A DNA stretch of 41,050 nucleotides. Source: a virus (Duplodnaviria; Caudoviricetes). Below, piece after piece: positions 1-9,687 of this stretch. The translations under genes were made by a program, and so were the position numbers. The stretch spans positions 1-41,050 of IMG/VR virus record IMGVR_UViG_3300044229_003513; one strand, written 5' to 3'. The notes below the pieces were generated by a model that was given only the letters and a program-made list of their open reading frames with translations, did not search any database and was not told the origin of the DNA. Each line of letters opens with the position of its first letter. Within the stretch, counting starts at the first letter, position 1.

Positions 1-543
1 CGCAATGAAAGCAAAGTCATAGTTTCGTCTGACCAAGACTATTACCAGCTACTAAATGAAAAAACTAAGATATATCGCCTAGGCAAAAAAGAAGTTGTCG
101 AAGCTCAAGACGTTATTGATTTGACAGGTGTGTCTTGCGAAAACTACTGCTTAGCAAAATGCTTAGTAGGTGATAGTTCTGACAACATCAGCGGGATTAA
201 GGGTGCAGGATTTAAATCTGTTGCTAAAAGATTTCCTGTATTGACAACAAATAAAGAAGCAGATTTAATGCAAATATTTGAGGCTGCTTCTGCAAACATA
301 GATAAGAAAATTAAGCTGTACAGAGAGATAGTTGATAATTTTGACGTCGTGAAAAGAAACTGGCGTTTGATATACTTAGATACGAGCAATCTGTCGGCGG
401 GCCAAATGGATCAAATCAATCACATAATAGATACATTTGAGCCGTCCAGGAATAAGATTACATTGATGAGAGAACTGATTAAACTAGGCATTCAAAATTT
501 GGATGTTGAGGGCCTCTTATTAAGCATGATTTACGTGAAATAA
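1..543 (+). CDS. 5'-3' exonuclease / flap endonuclease (T4 RNase H / PolA N-terminal-like), 5'-truncated
   Basis: Frame is open from base 1 (RNESKVIVSSDQDYYQLL). Contains SxDxDxxQL and the H3TH motif LVGDSSDNISGIKGAGFKS. Confidence 0.88.
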   Translation, partial: RNESKVIVSSDQDYYQLLNEKTKIYRLGKKEVVEAQDVIDLTGVSCENYCLAKCLVGDSSDNISGIKGAGFKSVAKRFPVLTTNKEADLMQIFEAASANIDKKIKLYREIVDNFDVVKRNWRLIYLDTSNLSAGQMDQINHIIDTFEPSRNKITLMRELIKLGIQNLDVEGLLLSMIYVK

Positions 544-557
544 AAGGAGTAAGATAG

Positions 558-1964
558 GTGTCTTACGAAGATTCGAGTGTCTCTTTTGGAAGTTATGGAA
601 AAGCTTTCCAAGAAAAAATTGTTCAAGGGCTGTTGACAGATCGCCTTTGGGCAGAACAGATGTCTGAAGTTATTAATGTTGATTTTTTCGACTTGAAATA
701 TCTTAAGTTTTTAGCTGACAGATACTTTCGATATCACACAAAGTACAAAGATTTTCCAACTCTTCAACTGCTTGTATCGATAATAAGAGACGATTTAAAA
801 ACAGGTAATGACACTGTTTTAAGAGACCAGATAATTGAATATCTTCAGCGAATCCGCCACAATCCTGACATGGGCGATCTTGAATACGTCAAGGATAAGG
901 CGCTTGATTTTTGCAGAAAGCAAGCTTTTAGAGGTGCACTCGAGCAAGCTGTTGACCTCATTCAAACTGACAAGTTCGACTCAGTGATGGATCTCATGAG
1001 AAATGCACTATCAGTGGGGACCACACCTTCTATTGGGCACGACTTGTTTGAAGATATGGAAGCCCGGTTCGTTACTGTGAGTCGCCACCCGGTACCCACA
1101 GGTATGGAATCTCTCGACCAAAAAGGCATACTTAACGGAGGTTTAGGCAGAGGCGAAATCGGTGTTGTAGCTGCACCAACTGGAGTCGGCAAGTCTCACA
1201 TGCTGGTTAATTTAGGTGCAGCAGCTGTCAAAAGAGGGAAAAACGTAATTCATTATACGTTTGAGTTGACAGAAAACGCAACAGGCCTCAGGTATGATTC
1301 AAATATCTGTATGATTCCATCAAATGAGGTTCCGGAGCGCTCTGATGAAGTAAGAGGTGCATATGCAGAAATGGAAGGCCTAGGCAGGCTAATAATTAAA
1401 GAGTACCCAACAGGAGCAGCAACTGTTCAAACTCTCCGATCACATATTGAAAAGCTTTCTCTAAAAGGATTTATTCCTGATCTTCTTGTAATTGACTATG
1501 CAGATATTATGAGATCATCACGCCAGTATGAGTCAATGCGTCATGAACTTAAAAAAGTATACGAAGACCTTAGAAATCTTGCGATGGAAAAGCAGATTCC
1601 AATCTGGACAGCATCTCAAAGTAATAGAGAGAGTGCTTCTTCTGATATCGTAGGCTTAGAGAACATGTCTGAGTCTTATGGTAAGGCACAGGTTGCAGAT
1701 GTTGTAATTTCTATCTCAAGAAAGCCAACAGAGAAAGCGTCAGGATTAGGTCGTATTTTTATTGCTAAGAATAGAGCAGGCCGCGACGGAATCTTGTTTC
1801 CAGTTAAATTAAATACAGCAATGTCAATGTTCTCGGTTATCGAAAATGCTGACGAGATGACGCTCGAAGAAGCAAAAGACAAGAATGAAACTGACATAAA
1901 AAAGGTTTTGCAAAAAAAATGGAAACAAGTTAGCAAAAGAGAAAACAAAGCTGAAGAAAAGTAA
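558..1964 (+). CDS. dnaB: Replicative DNA helicase, DnaB / T4 gp41-like (SF4)
   Basis: Walker A APTGVGKS, TFEL, VIDYAD, TASQSNR, KNRAG. GTG start with AAGGAG SD. Confidence 0.93.
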   Translation: MSYEDSSVSFGSYGKAFQEKIVQGLLTDRLWAEQMSEVINVDFFDLKYLKFLADRYFRYHTKYKDFPTLQLLVSIIRDDLKTGNDTVLRDQIIEYLQRIRHNPDMGDLEYVKDKALDFCRKQAFRGALEQAVDLIQTDKFDSVMDLMRNALSVGTTPSIGHDLFEDMEARFVTVSRHPVPTGMESLDQKGILNGGLGRGEIGVVAAPTGVGKSHMLVNLGAAAVKRGKNVIHYTFELTENATGLRYDSNICMIPSNEVPERSDEVRGAYAEMEGLGRLIIKEYPTGAATVQTLRSHIEKLSLKGFIPDLLVIDYADIMRSSRQYESMRHELKKVYEDLRNLAMEKQIPIWTASQSNRESASSDIVGLENMSESYGKAQVADVVISISRKPTEKASGLGRIFIAKNRAGRDGILFPVKLNTAMSMFSVIENADEMTLEEAKDKNETDIKKVLQKKWKQVSKRENKAEEK

Positions 1965-1992
1965 TATTATAAAAAACCTATAATAAACAGGA

Positions 1993-4470
1993 ATGAAAAT
2001 GACAAATTATAACGAGGTATTTGAGAAGTCTTTACAATATTTTGGCGGTGATGAACTTGCTGCCTCCGTCTTTGCCACGAAGTACGCACTCCAGGATGAG
2101 CAAGGAAATTATCTTGAAACAGATCCAGACCAGATGCATAGAAGGATCGCAAAGGAATTTGCTAGAATAGAAGCAAAGTATCCTAACCCTATGTGCGAAG
2201 ATGAGATCTATGATCTTCTTAAAAATTTCAAGTATGTGGTCCCACAAGGTTCTCCTATGTCTGGAATCGGAAACACACACCAGATACAGTCACTGTCCAA
2301 TTGCTTTGTAGTGGATTCTCCGCAAGATTCCTACGGAGGTATTTTAAAGACAGATCAGGAGCAGGTTCAGATTATGAAGCGTCGTGGAGGTGTTGGTTTT
2401 GACATATCTACCATTCGCCCTAAAGGCCTAAGAACATCTAACGCAGCTAAGACAACCGACGGTATCGGAGTTTTCATGGAGCGGTTTTCTAACTCCTGTC
2501 GCGAAGTTGCTCAAGGTGGTCGAAGAGGCGCACTCATGCTTACAATCTCAATCCATCACCCAGACATTGAGACCTTTATTAATATTAAGCGAGACCTATC
2601 AAAGGTAACGGGAGCCAATATCTCAGTTAGGCTGTCTGATGAGTTCATGAAAGCTGTTGAAAACAATGAGGATTATGAGCTTCGCTTCCCTGTTGATGCA
2701 ACAGGTGATGAGAAAACTGTAACTACAACGACTTCTGCGACTGAGATATGGAATCAGATCATTGAGTCTGCGCATGGATCTGCTGAGCCAGGTCTTCTTT
2801 TTTGGGATAATGTTCTAAACTACACTCCTGCTCAAATTTACAAGGATGACGGGTTTCACACAATTAGTACTAATCCGTGCAGTGAAATCACCCTGTCCGC
2901 TTACGATAGCTGCCGCCTTCTTCTTTTGAATACGACTTCTTTTGTTAACAGCGCATTTTCTAAGAATGCAGAATTTGACTACGATCTTTTTCGAGAAATT
3001 GCCGGAAAAGCTCAAAGGCTTATGGATGACTTGATCGATCTTGAGATCGAATGTGTCGACAAGATAATCAGTAAGATTAAATCAGATCCTGAAGGCAGTG
3101 AAGTTAAAAGAAACGAACTTCTTCTTTGGAATAAAATTAAAGAGGTTGCTCAAGCTGGTCGCAGAACAGGCTTAGGGGTGACAGGAATCGGAGACACTTT
3201 GGCTATGCTTGGTGAAAAGTATGGTTCTAAGAAGTCTATTGATTTGACTGAAAACATTTACAGGACTTTGGCTGTTGGGTCTTATGAGTCTTCTTGTCAC
3301 ATGGCTACTGAGCGCGGTGCTTTCCCAGTTTATGATTTTGACAAGGAAGAAGGGCACCCGTTTATGGAAAGGCTTTTTGAAGCTGCCCCAGAGCTTCGAG
3401 AATTGCACAGAGATCACGGTAGAAGAAATATTGCATTAACTACAACTGCTCCTTGCGGCAGCGTTTCTGTGCTAACACAGACAACTTCGGGTATCGAACC
3501 TGCATTTATGCTTAAATACACCCGAAGAAAAAAGATTAATCCAAATGATGCCACAGCTCAAGTCGATTTTGTTGATGACCTCGGGGATAAGTGGCAAGAG
3601 TTTGATGTATATCATCATGCTTTTAAGCAGTGGATGGATACGACAGGCTTAACTGAAATTGAAGACAGCCCTTATGCAGAAGCAACTGCAAACGAGATCG
3701 ATTGGGAGTCTGCAGTAGATTTACAGGCAGCAGCACAGCGCTGGGTGTGTCACGCAATTAGCAAGACCATCAATTTACCTAATAAAGTATCAGTCGACGA
3801 CGTCAAGAAAGTTTACTGGAGAGGCTGGAAACAGGGCTTAAAAGGAGTCACAGTGTATCGAGACGGATCTCGATCTGGCGTCCTTGTTTCTAGCGAAACC
3901 ACATCGAAAGATGATGATTCTTTCTCTGAAACTCCAGCACCAAAGCGACCTGATCTTCTAGATTGTGATATCCATCAAACTTCCGTAAAAGGAGAGAAGT
4001 GGACAATTCTTGTCGGCCTAATGGACGGAAAGCCTTATGAAGTTTTCGGCGGGTTAGCTAATAAGATTGAGATCCCTAGATACTACAAAGATGGAACACT
4101 AACAAAAAGAGTTAGAAAAACAAAGAACTCTAAGTACGATCTAAGATTTGGGCACGCGACAGATGAGTTTTGCATCAAGGACGTTGTGGAAGTATTTGAT
4201 AATCCAACACACTCAGCTTTTACTAGGACAATTTCTCTCGCGCTTCGACATGGCGCCCCAGTTTCTTTTATGGTTGAGCAGCTTCAAAAGGATAAAGACA
4301 CTGACTTCTCATCTTTCTCTCGAGTCATTGCAAGAGTGCTCAAAATTTACATTCCTGATGGTACAAAAGCAAGCAGCGGTGCATTAGAAAATTGCTGTGA
4401 CGATCCAAACATAGTATACCAAGAAGGTTGTGCCACTTGTTTATCGTGCGGATATGGAAAGTGCGGATAG
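1993..4470 (+). CDS. nrdJ: Class II (adenosylcobalamin-dependent) ribonucleotide reductase with C-terminal TSCPD/Zn-ribbon
   Basis: SLSNCFV, GGVG, QGGRRGALM, TNPCSEI (thiyl Cys), APCGSVS, SKTIN, KGVTVYRDGSR; C-terminus EGCATCLSCGYGKC. Confidence 0.92.
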   Translation: MKMTNYNEVFEKSLQYFGGDELAASVFATKYALQDEQGNYLETDPDQMHRRIAKEFARIEAKYPNPMCEDEIYDLLKNFKYVVPQGSPMSGIGNTHQIQSLSNCFVVDSPQDSYGGILKTDQEQVQIMKRRGGVGFDISTIRPKGLRTSNAAKTTDGIGVFMERFSNSCREVAQGGRRGALMLTISIHHPDIETFINIKRDLSKVTGANISVRLSDEFMKAVENNEDYELRFPVDATGDEKTVTTTTSATEIWNQIIESAHGSAEPGLLFWDNVLNYTPAQIYKDDGFHTISTNPCSEITLSAYDSCRLLLLNTTSFVNSAFSKNAEFDYDLFREIAGKAQRLMDDLIDLEIECVDKIISKIKSDPEGSEVKRNELLLWNKIKEVAQAGRRTGLGVTGIGDTLAMLGEKYGSKKSIDLTENIYRTLAVGSYESSCHMATERGAFPVYDFDKEEGHPFMERLFEAAPELRELHRDHGRRNIALTTTAPCGSVSVLTQTTSGIEPAFMLKYTRRKKINPNDATAQVDFVDDLGDKWQEFDVYHHAFKQWMDTTGLTEIEDSPYAEATANEIDWESAVDLQAAAQRWVCHAISKTINLPNKVSVDDVKKVYWRGWKQGLKGVTVYRDGSRSGVLVSSETTSKDDDSFSETPAPKRPDLLDCDIHQTSVKGEKWTILVGLMDGKPYEVFGGLANKIEIPRYYKDGTLTKRVRKTKNSKYDLRFGHATDEFCIKDVVEVFDNPTHSAFTRTISLALRHGAPVSFMVEQLQKDKDTDFSSFSRVIARVLKIYIPDGTKASSGALENCCDDPNIVYQEGCATCLSCGYGKCG

Positions 4471-4473
4471 TTA
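4467..4473 (+). promoter_or_regulatory. Candidate late promoter ATAGTTA (before clpP)
   Basis: Member of the recurrent ATA[T/G/C]TTA motif at gene boundaries. Confidence 0.45.
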
Positions 4474-4493
4474 TATCCAAGGAGAAGGTCATT

Positions 4494-5099
4494 ATGAGAA
4501 AAACCATACACATCGACGACAAGATCAGCGAAGTTAAACTAAGATACAACCCAATTATTGTCACTGTTAATAAGTTTGATGAAGATGCTGCCAGAAAATT
4601 TAGGGATGAAATTAATGCTGCTCATAATACTGGACAACCTGTAATTCCTGTTGTTATTGCATCATACGGCGGTGCAGTATACTCACTCTTAAACATGATT
4701 GACACGATTGAAAGTGCATCTCTACCTATTATGACAATCGCGGAAGGAAAAGCAATGTCTTGCGGCGCAGTTCTTCTCTCTTGCGGAACTAAAGGCTATA
4801 GATATGCTGCTCCTAATTCAACAATTATGATTCACGACGTTAGCTCCATGAGCAGCCGACAAAAAGTGGAAGAGTTAAAAGCAGACGTTAATGAGTCTGA
4901 CCGGCTAAATAACAAGATTATGCGCCTCATGTCATCCAATTGCGGCAAAAGACCAGACTACTTTCTTAAAGAGATTCACAAGCGCGGAAGAGCAGATTGG
5001 TTTCTCGAAGCCGATGAGTGCCTAGAGATCGGTTTGGTTGACCATGTCGGCATGCCGGAAATGAAAATATCAGTTGATGTAGGTGTCGAAATAGAATAG
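4494..5099 (+). CDS. clpP: ClpP-like protease subunit
   Basis: SYGGAV, GKAMSCGA (catalytic Ser), MIHD (His), DWFLEADECLEIGLVD. Start placed at ATG 4494 after the AAGGAG SD. Confidence 0.88.
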   Translation: MRKTIHIDDKISEVKLRYNPIIVTVNKFDEDAARKFRDEINAAHNTGQPVIPVVIASYGGAVYSLLNMIDTIESASLPIMTIAEGKAMSCGAVLLSCGTKGYRYAAPNSTIMIHDVSSMSSRQKVEELKADVNESDRLNNKIMRLMSSNCGKRPDYFLKEIHKRGRADWFLEADECLEIGLVDHVGMPEMKISVDVGVEIE

Positions 5100-5102
5100 T
5101 TA
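5096..5102 (+). promoter_or_regulatory. Candidate late promoter ATAGTTA (before aminotransferase)
   Basis: Recurrent motif overlapping the upstream stop codon. Confidence 0.4.
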
Positions 5103-5130
5103 ATAGATGTGCCTTTAGTGGAGAGCATCT

Positions 5131-6378
5131 ATGTCAAAGTCTGTGTTTCGTCAGGTCCCAAAAACTGGTGTCATTTTTACAACAGCCTCAGCTATGAAAT
5201 TAGGTTTTTATCGAGGGCATCCAGATTGGTGTAATTTCGGTCAAGGCCAGCCTGAAACTGGGTATCTCGATGGCGGCCTAGAGCGTATTAGCCACATTGA
5301 TATCGATGAAGGTGATCATGAGTACGCACCAGTCGGTGGGCTTCTTGAACTCCGCGAAGCGATTGCGAACATGTACAATGTTCTTTATCGAAAAAATAAG
5401 AAATCTAAATACACAGCAGAAAATGTCTCCATTGCAGGCGGAGGTAGAACTGTTTTAACTCGAGTGGTTGCTGCCCTTGACGCTATTAACTTGGGTCATT
5501 TCTTACCTGATTACACAGCCTATGAAGAGCTTTTGTCAACATTTAAGGGTTTTAATACTATTCCAATCATGCTTGATCCTGATAACGGATACACTTTTTC
5601 TCACCAGGATTTAAGAAAAGAGATCCAGGGGAGAGGTTTAGGTGCAGTGCTTGTTTCAAATCCTTGTAATCCTACAGGCAAGACAATATCGGGAAGACAC
5701 CTCAGAGAGTGGATTAAAGCAGGAAGAGAGACAGGATGTTCTCTGATCATGGATGAGTTTTATAGCTCTTACGTTTGGGAAGGTGTCCCGTCAGGAGAGA
5801 CATTAAGCTGTAGCAAATACATCAACGACGTTAACGAAGACAACGTGTTAATAGTTAACGGTCTCGGAAAAAACCAAAGATATCCAGGATGGAGAATTGG
5901 TTGGGTCGTTGGCCCTAAAGATGTTATTAAGTCCATCAATAGCGCTGGCAGTTTCTTGGACGGCGGAGCCCCTCGCCCAATTCAAAGAGCAGCAGTATCT
6001 CTCGTAACACCTGAAGCTGTGACACAAGAGACACAGTCCATCCAGAAAGAGTTTAGGCAGAAACGACAAGCCATGATGGACGGCCTCAGAAAAATAGGCG
6101 TAACATTTGACTGTGAGCCTGGCGGATCATTCTACTTGTGGGGAAATGTGTCAGCGCTACCTGAGGGCTTAAATACTGGTATGGATTTCTTTCACGCTTG
6201 CTTAGAAAAGAAGGTGATTGCTGTCCCAGGAGAGTTTTTTGATGTCAACCCAGGCAAAAGAATGAAGAATGCTGGGTCAAGATTTAAAAATTATTTAAGA
6301 TTTTCGTACGGCCCTGACATTGATACGATTAACAAAGGCCTAACCCGCCTCGAAGAGATGGTTCAACAAAGGCTCTGA
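5131..6378 (+). CDS. PLP-dependent aminotransferase class I/II
   Basis: NFGQGQPE, SNPCNPTG, MDEFY, GLGKNQRYPGWRIGW (Schiff-base Lys), YLRFSYG. Confidence 0.92.
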   Translation: MSKSVFRQVPKTGVIFTTASAMKLGFYRGHPDWCNFGQGQPETGYLDGGLERISHIDIDEGDHEYAPVGGLLELREAIANMYNVLYRKNKKSKYTAENVSIAGGGRTVLTRVVAALDAINLGHFLPDYTAYEELLSTFKGFNTIPIMLDPDNGYTFSHQDLRKEIQGRGLGAVLVSNPCNPTGKTISGRHLREWIKAGRETGCSLIMDEFYSSYVWEGVPSGETLSCSKYINDVNEDNVLIVNGLGKNQRYPGWRIGWVVGPKDVIKSINSAGSFLDGGAPRPIQRAAVSLVTPEAVTQETQSIQKEFRQKRQAMMDGLRKIGVTFDCEPGGSFYLWGNVSALPEGLNTGMDFFHACLEKKVIAVPGEFFDVNPGKRMKNAGSRFKNYLRFSYGPDIDTINKGLTRLEEMVQQRL

Positions 6379-6457
6379 CTTAAAATATAGAGCTCCATAC
6401 GTAGTTTACAGCGCACTCATCTTCGAGTGACAAAACAAACACAACAGGAGCTTTTAA

Positions 6458-9007
6458 ATGAATCCAACAAATCTAGTCGCAGGCGTCAATCGCGTCGTAT
6501 TAAACTTAGCTGCTCCAGCAGCCCCCACTGACGGTGTAGCAGATGACGCTAACATTGCCGGTATGTTCATTTACTCCCGGGTGCCAATTCGCATCTGGCA
6601 GATGAATAACGCCAACGCCTGGTCTGAACTAGACACCCTCACAGGTGGCGCAGGGTCTAGAATCGTCACAGTCTACTTTGACTCAACTGATGTCACCAGA
6701 ATCTTCCTGCAGTCAACTGGACAAGACAATGTCACAGTCCGCGTGGTTCGCAGAGAGCAAGAAGGATCAAACGTTCAGCAAGAAGGCGCCAATCGAAGAG
6801 TTCACGTTGCTGCAACATTTAGAAGTTTATCTGACACGCCTAACGCCTATACAGGCCAGGCCGGAAAATATCCACGCGTTAACGACGGCGAGACCGGCAT
6901 TGAATTTGTTGAGTCTTCCGGTGAAGGCGCACAGGGTCCAGCAGGCCCACAAGGTCCAGCAGGCCCACAAGGTCCAGAAGGTCCACAAGGCCCGGCAGGT
7001 GCAGATGGCGCAGCAGGAACTTTAAGTGCGCAGCATGTTCATGAAGGAAGCTTAACAATTGACACTCCGGGAGACACAGCCACGTGGTCGATTAAGCCTA
7101 CAAGATTTTGGGGTAGAGACCAAGATCCTGATAATCGTGAAGTTCCATATCTCAATCCACTTGGTGCGGGTCTAACGCCTAATATTACAAATAATTTACC
7201 TTCTGAGACACTAATTTCAGATTTTCACGTCGGCGGCACGCATACTTTCGGTTCCGCACATTTTCACGCAACTTATACGACCCCTTATGCAGGCTGGGCA
7301 CCGATTCACGGCAAGAATAGAGACCCACGCTATACTAGCCGAAACAATTCAATGACTCACAACTATAGCAACTGGGTCAACTGGACAGCAAACGGCGACA
7401 GTGAAAACGGCATAGGTTTTTATTCAAATCCTCGCTTCTATACCTACGGACCTGTTGGAGGAGGTCCTTCTGGTGCTAAGTTAAATGTGACAGGTACAAT
7501 TTCCATGACTTCGGAGTCAAACATCTTCATTGGAGATCCAGCCGGTACTAACATGGACCAGTATCCAGAGACTTGGGGTGCAGGAGACGCAGATGCCCTT
7601 TTCATCTCTCGACATAACTATGTAAACAATAGCAATGACACATATTATCAGTTCGGTGACAGACGCTCTCTCGTGAATTTTGCTAGTTCTTCACACATTG
7701 ATTTTAAAAATGCCACCATGAAAATAGACGCTTGGGCCCCCTATCATACTCCAGATCATGATAAGCCTATTCTTCAAATTGACAAATACAGACAAGACGA
7801 ATACGGGTATTGGTATTATACCGAATCCGGTCATATGGAGAAGCAGCGATTTAACCTCATTGATCCTTGGGGCCGCATCAGTCTTCCCCTCGGAACCAAA
7901 ATATACAATCAAAAAGTAGCCCAGGGTGCGGAGACTACGTTTAACAGAGTTAGTATTGAAACTGATGAATACGGTTATTTCCATTGTAATCCGAAAGCTG
8001 ACTTTTTTGGAAGTACTAAATTCTGGGCAGGCGTTGGGACAACTAATACTGCTGAATTCAATGCAGATGTAGAGTTTAAGGGAGATGTAGACTTTTCAGA
8101 AGCTAATTCAGTAACCGGGCTGCCCGCGTCTGCATTACCATCAGAATTTCCTAATCACGTGCACTTTGCTACCAAGATCGATGTTGAGCGTCTTCACCTT
8201 AATAAGGGGAATAATAGCGTACAACCTTCTGGGATGAGTTCGCCTATGATGATTCGCCAAGACGGAGTTAACTTTGGGCACGGCATAACGATTGAGGCTC
8301 CTTACGCAGGCACATACACTCAAGGGTGGGGTGTGCGCGTTGACAGCACTAAAGAATTAGTTTTCCAGGCATTCCAGCTTGAACATGATGGTAATCTTAA
8401 AGATAACACATGGAACAATCCAGGCTTTGGACGAGGCTATTTATCTGACGCTACGGATGTGGGCCAGATCACATTTACAGGACAACATAGATCTCTTCCA
8501 TCTGAAGGAACAGTTGCAGATTTTGAAAACAAAGTCGGGATGATCGTTGTTTCTACAGGCAAGTATGCCTCAATGACAGAAGAAGATATCACTATAAATG
8601 ACGCAATGCCAAAGGTAGAACTTTCTTCTAAAGCAAATGATAAAAGAGCTTTCGGTGTTGTCTCTAATGTTGAAGATGCTGATAGTAATGAGAGAAGATT
8701 TCAACTTGGTCTCTGGGGTTCGTCAATGGAAAAACCTGAAGGCGACGATCGCGTCATCATTAACTCTGTAGGTGAAGGTGCAATGTGGGTAACAGATATC
8801 AACGGCAACCTTGAGAACGGTGACTACATCACAACCTCAGACCTCGCAGGGTACGGTATGAAGCAAGACGACGATCTACTTCACAACTACACAGTTGCTA
8901 AGATCACGATGGACTGCGACTTCGATCTCAACTCCACTGAGTATCGTTGCGAACAGATCGGTCCTTACAAGCGTGCTTTCGTTGGAGTTACATACCACTG
9001 CGGATAA
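6458..9007 (+). CDS. Virion fibre/spike protein: shared N-terminal anchor, collagen-like linker, C-terminal chaperone-like domain
   Basis: N-terminal ~150 aa paralogous to ORF 20734; 11 Gly-X-Y triplets; G/N/T-rich body; C-terminus FTGQH...NSVGEGAMW...GDYITTS...NYTVAKITMDCDF...YHCG. Confidence 0.75.
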   Translation: MNPTNLVAGVNRVVLNLAAPAAPTDGVADDANIAGMFIYSRVPIRIWQMNNANAWSELDTLTGGAGSRIVTVYFDSTDVTRIFLQSTGQDNVTVRVVRREQEGSNVQQEGANRRVHVAATFRSLSDTPNAYTGQAGKYPRVNDGETGIEFVESSGEGAQGPAGPQGPAGPQGPEGPQGPAGADGAAGTLSAQHVHEGSLTIDTPGDTATWSIKPTRFWGRDQDPDNREVPYLNPLGAGLTPNITNNLPSETLISDFHVGGTHTFGSAHFHATYTTPYAGWAPIHGKNRDPRYTSRNNSMTHNYSNWVNWTANGDSENGIGFYSNPRFYTYGPVGGGPSGAKLNVTGTISMTSESNIFIGDPAGTNMDQYPETWGAGDADALFISRHNYVNNSNDTYYQFGDRRSLVNFASSSHIDFKNATMKIDAWAPYHTPDHDKPILQIDKYRQDEYGYWYYTESGHMEKQRFNLIDPWGRISLPLGTKIYNQKVAQGAETTFNRVSIETDEYGYFHCNPKADFFGSTKFWAGVGTTNTAEFNADVEFKGDVDFSEANSVTGLPASALPSEFPNHVHFATKIDVERLHLNKGNNSVQPSGMSSPMMIRQDGVNFGHGITIEAPYAGTYTQGWGVRVDSTKELVFQAFQLEHDGNLKDNTWNNPGFGRGYLSDATDVGQITFTGQHRSLPSEGTVADFENKVGMIVVSTGKYASMTEEDITINDAMPKVELSSKANDKRAFGVVSNVEDADSNERRFQLGLWGSSMEKPEGDDRVIINSVGEGAMWVTDINGNLENGDYITTSDLAGYGMKQDDDLLHNYTVAKITMDCDFDLNSTEYRCEQIGPYKRAFVGVTYHCG
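6926..7024 (+). repeat. Collagen-like Gly-X-Y tandem repeat
   Basis: 18-bp unit GGTCCAGCAGGCCCACAA occurs twice perfectly (6935-6970), then degenerate copies. Encodes GAQGPAGPQGPAGPQGPEGPQGPAGADGAAGTL. Confidence 0.95.
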
Positions 9008-9068
9008 AGTTTATAAACATTTTGGCTCGGAGTCAATACAATTAGTCATAAATGCCAAGGAGGTATAC

Positions 9069-9302
9069 ATGGCTAAGAAAGTTTATAAGTTGCATGATGA
9101 AGTGATCGGTGAAGTTGCTCGCTCTTTACAGCGCGCTCTGCTAACCGGAACTGATATCGTAGATCATCTACGTCAGATCGAACTCAATGTTCAGCGAGGA
9201 GATAGTTCCGTGACGCTGTCTGAGGAATTCGTTCGACGCCAGACTGAGAACGATCAGCGCATGGTCGATGAAGCTGAGGCGCTAAATCTCGAGACTGAGT
9301 AA
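9069..9302 (+). CDS. Hypothetical protein (77 aa)
   Basis: Strong SD AAGGAGGT before ATG 9069 (MAKKVYKLHDEVIGEVARSLQRALLTGTDIVDHLR). Confidence 0.75.
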   Translation: MAKKVYKLHDEVIGEVARSLQRALLTGTDIVDHLRQIELNVQRGDSSVTLSEEFVRRQTENDQRMVDEAEALNLETE

Positions 9303-9303
9303 G

Positions 9304-9687
9304 ATGTCAGAAACATCTTCTGATAGATTAGATGCCATTTTCTTTCTCCAGGAAAGATTTATGGAGCAGCTGTCGCAGAACAAAGAGCCTCTTCCTGAGT
9401 GGCCTGTGGACCCTTCTGATAAGAAGGCACAGCAGTTTATTCGTGATATCATTCATAGAGGAACTGAAGAGGCATTTGAAGCGCTACTCCATCTTAAAAA
9501 TTGGAAGCCTCATAAGCACACTGAAAACAAAGAATTTAATCGAGATGCGTTTCTCGAGGAGATGATTGACGACTTCACGTACAAGCTTGAAGCGTTAATT
9601 TTAATGGGATATGAGCCAAAAGAATTTTTTAACGCATTTTGCGAAAAGAATAGAAGAAATCTGGACAGGGTCAGAGGAGAGTACTGA
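9304..9687 (+). CDS. All-alpha (dimeric dUTPase / T4 gp56 dCTPase-like) dNTP pyrophosphatase
   Basis: Acidic helical motifs TEEAFEA...NWKPHK...EEMIDDFTY typical of the dUTPase_2/MazG-like fold. Confidence 0.75.
   Translation: MSETSSDRLDAIFFLQERFMEQLSQNKEPLPEWPVDPSDKKAQQFIRDIIHRGTEEAFEALLHLKNWKPHKHTENKEFNRDAFLEEMIDDFTYKLEALILMGYEPKEFFNAFCEKNRRNLDRVRGEY

Noticed and set aside
6926-7024. Tandem repeat as a possible CRISPR array
   Set aside because: No spacers; it is an in-frame collagen Gly-X-Y repeat.
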